Source of the DNA: Selaginella moellendorffii
Lineage: Eukaryota > Plantae > Lycopodiophyta
Length of the DNA stretch: 64,000 nt
Direction: 5' to 3'
NCBI RefSeq assembly: GCF_000143415.4
Contig: NW_003314350.1
Location: 434,001 to 498,000 of the forward strand
Positions 62,260-64,000 of the stretch are shown one piece after another (positions within the stretch are counted from its first letter, which is position 1; each line of letters opens with the position of its first letter). The notes beneath the pieces were generated by a model. That model did no database searches, was not told the DNA's origin, and was given only the letters and a program-made list of their open reading frames with translations. A program made the translations under genes and the position numbers.

Positions 62260-64000
62260 CTACATTCGTCGCGACTTCATGGGAGGTTGATAATTCGGGT
62301 TTTGCATCGCGTCTCTCCTCCTTCCCTGGAGAAATAAAACCAGCAAGAAAGTTTATAACGTACTGTTCTACCGAGGTGATGCTATGTGCTCTGCTAAGAG
62401 CGAAAGAAAGAACGAAGTTTTTGTACCTGGTGTTGCTGGTGTTGATGGTGTTGATGCTGCTGCTGCTGCTGCTGCTGTTGTTGGTGATGAGCAACCTGCT
62501 GGAGCTGCTGGCCTCTCTGGACGAACATATTCGCGGCGAGGCCGGCCATGGCTGGCTGAGCGCCCACGTTGAAAGCTCCCATGCTCGCAGTTTGTAGCCT
62601 CTGCATTCCGACCAAGGGCATCTGCTGGTGGTGCATGGGACGAACCGCATTTGCAGTCGCACTAGCTGCGGCAGCTGATGCTGCTGACGCGGGGAGCGAG
62701 TTGGAGGTCGACATCTGAGAGCCACGAAATGTGGAAACCATCAGAAAGCTGCTGCCACCACCACACTGCAGAGGGGAAAAAAAGGCTTGTTTTCTTTTCC
62801 TGTCTCGTACCATCTGGGTGTTTTGGATGGAGCCACTGCCTTCGAAATCCGTGGAGCTATCCACGGGACGCGCAGGGTACTGCACAACTTTCTCGCCGGG
62901 TTGGCCATAGACAAGTGCACTACCTTCCAAAATTGCGCATGGTTAGATGACCCCTCACGAAAGATAAAGCAAACAAATGGTTCTGATGAGAAAACGACGC
63001 ACTTACTTTCGACCAGGGAGGGGATCGCTTCGGAAATATCTGTACAGAAAAAAAAAAAAGGAAAACACAAGCAGAGGTCAGGGTGCGTACATCCACTACA
63101 AACTACAGATCGTACTCGTGATCCAGCGCTTGTGCTGCAGTTATACGCTTTACTGGGTCATACCTGCACGTCTCGAGAAGGTTAGACAGCAAGTACGCTT
63201 GTATACAGAGAGTTTACTCGAGCATTCGTGATAGCAAGTCGAATGCTAGGCCCTTCGGTTGGAGATTGACGACGGTGTGCAAACCAGGATTATCGCTGTA
63301 GGGACAGACCAGAAAAGGTGGCATAACGCGCAGGTGAAAGTAACGACACTTACTACTTTCGACTCTGGATTAGCTGACGGTTAGCTAACCAATGCGGCAA
63401 ATTGGAAAGCATCGGCCATCTTTCTGTTGTCGGATGACCTGCACATCGGACTCTCTCCATTAGAAACTTAAGCTCAAACAACACCAACCATCACCTAAGA
63501 CTTTGAAAATTTTGTCAAGTTGGTCCAGCTGAAGTAAAGGAAAACACACAGTTGGTGAATCAAACAGGTGGCGGATAGTACCTGAAACGGATTTGGGCCT
63601 GTTTTATCCTCTGCACCCTGGAAGAGAGGCTTCAAGGTCAAAAGCTCCGCAAAAATACATCCTACTGCCCACATATCTAGTGAGATATATGATTAAGGAA
63701 CGCATACGGCGTGATATAACAAAACGATCTTAGAAAGGATACCGACAGCACAGGTGTAGTGTTTAGCTCCGAGAAGAAGCTCGGGTGCCCTGTACCATAT
63801 CGTAACAACGACCTACAAAGTGAAAGAAAACTTCATGAAACAAAATGCAAAGAGGAGAAGTTAATACTCACCCCATTGTCAGATAAAGGCTTCAATGGCG
63901 CCTGATAAATTCTTGCGAGTCCAAAATCACCAATTTTGACAAGTCCTTGCTCGTCACCGTCCCCCGACACTCCCATAACCTGACGATCCCAATGAATACT
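62260..64000 (-). CDS. CDKE1: Cyclin-dependent kinase E (CDK8 homolog), 5' part outside the window
   Basis: [54 protein letters not shown], a Gln-rich tail and the PPMKSRRM* end. Confidence 0.95.
62428..62485 (-). repeat. CAG/CAA/CAT coding repeat (polyQ/His) in CDKE
   Basis: [21 protein letters not shown]. Confidence 0.9.

Overview
Eukaryotic nuclear DNA from a compact land-plant genome with very short (about 45-70 nt) introns and high gene density. It is probably the lycophyte Selaginella, inferred from intron size, PLS-PPR relics and a TPS-h-type diterpene synthase that closely resembles SmMDS as I recall it. Conserved genes: NUA (Tpr), NRPB1 with about 35 CTD heptads, a bifunctional diterpene synthase, pectin acetylesterase, TONSOKU, SNU13, a small conserved protein, ZPR1, SFR2, sucrose synthase, a MED26-like gene, a Josephin-like family gene and CDKE (truncated by the window end). 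Accessory stretches carry hAT-, gypsy- and LINE-like relics and decayed genes. The most striking accessory locus (7330-8373, minus strand) is a spliced Hedgehog-type Hog/Hint autoprocessing gene. Its catalytic CFPGDA start appears only after removing an intron, and it sits downstream of a signal peptide and a roughly 30-aa Cys-rich cargo peptide. This copy is frameshifted. Other notable loci are a Crinkler-like NTPase+REase pseudogene and an AT-rich secreted GNA-lectin fusion inside a 4-kb block bounded by direct repeats. Exon boundaries were read by eye and family assignments come from motif recognition, not database searches.
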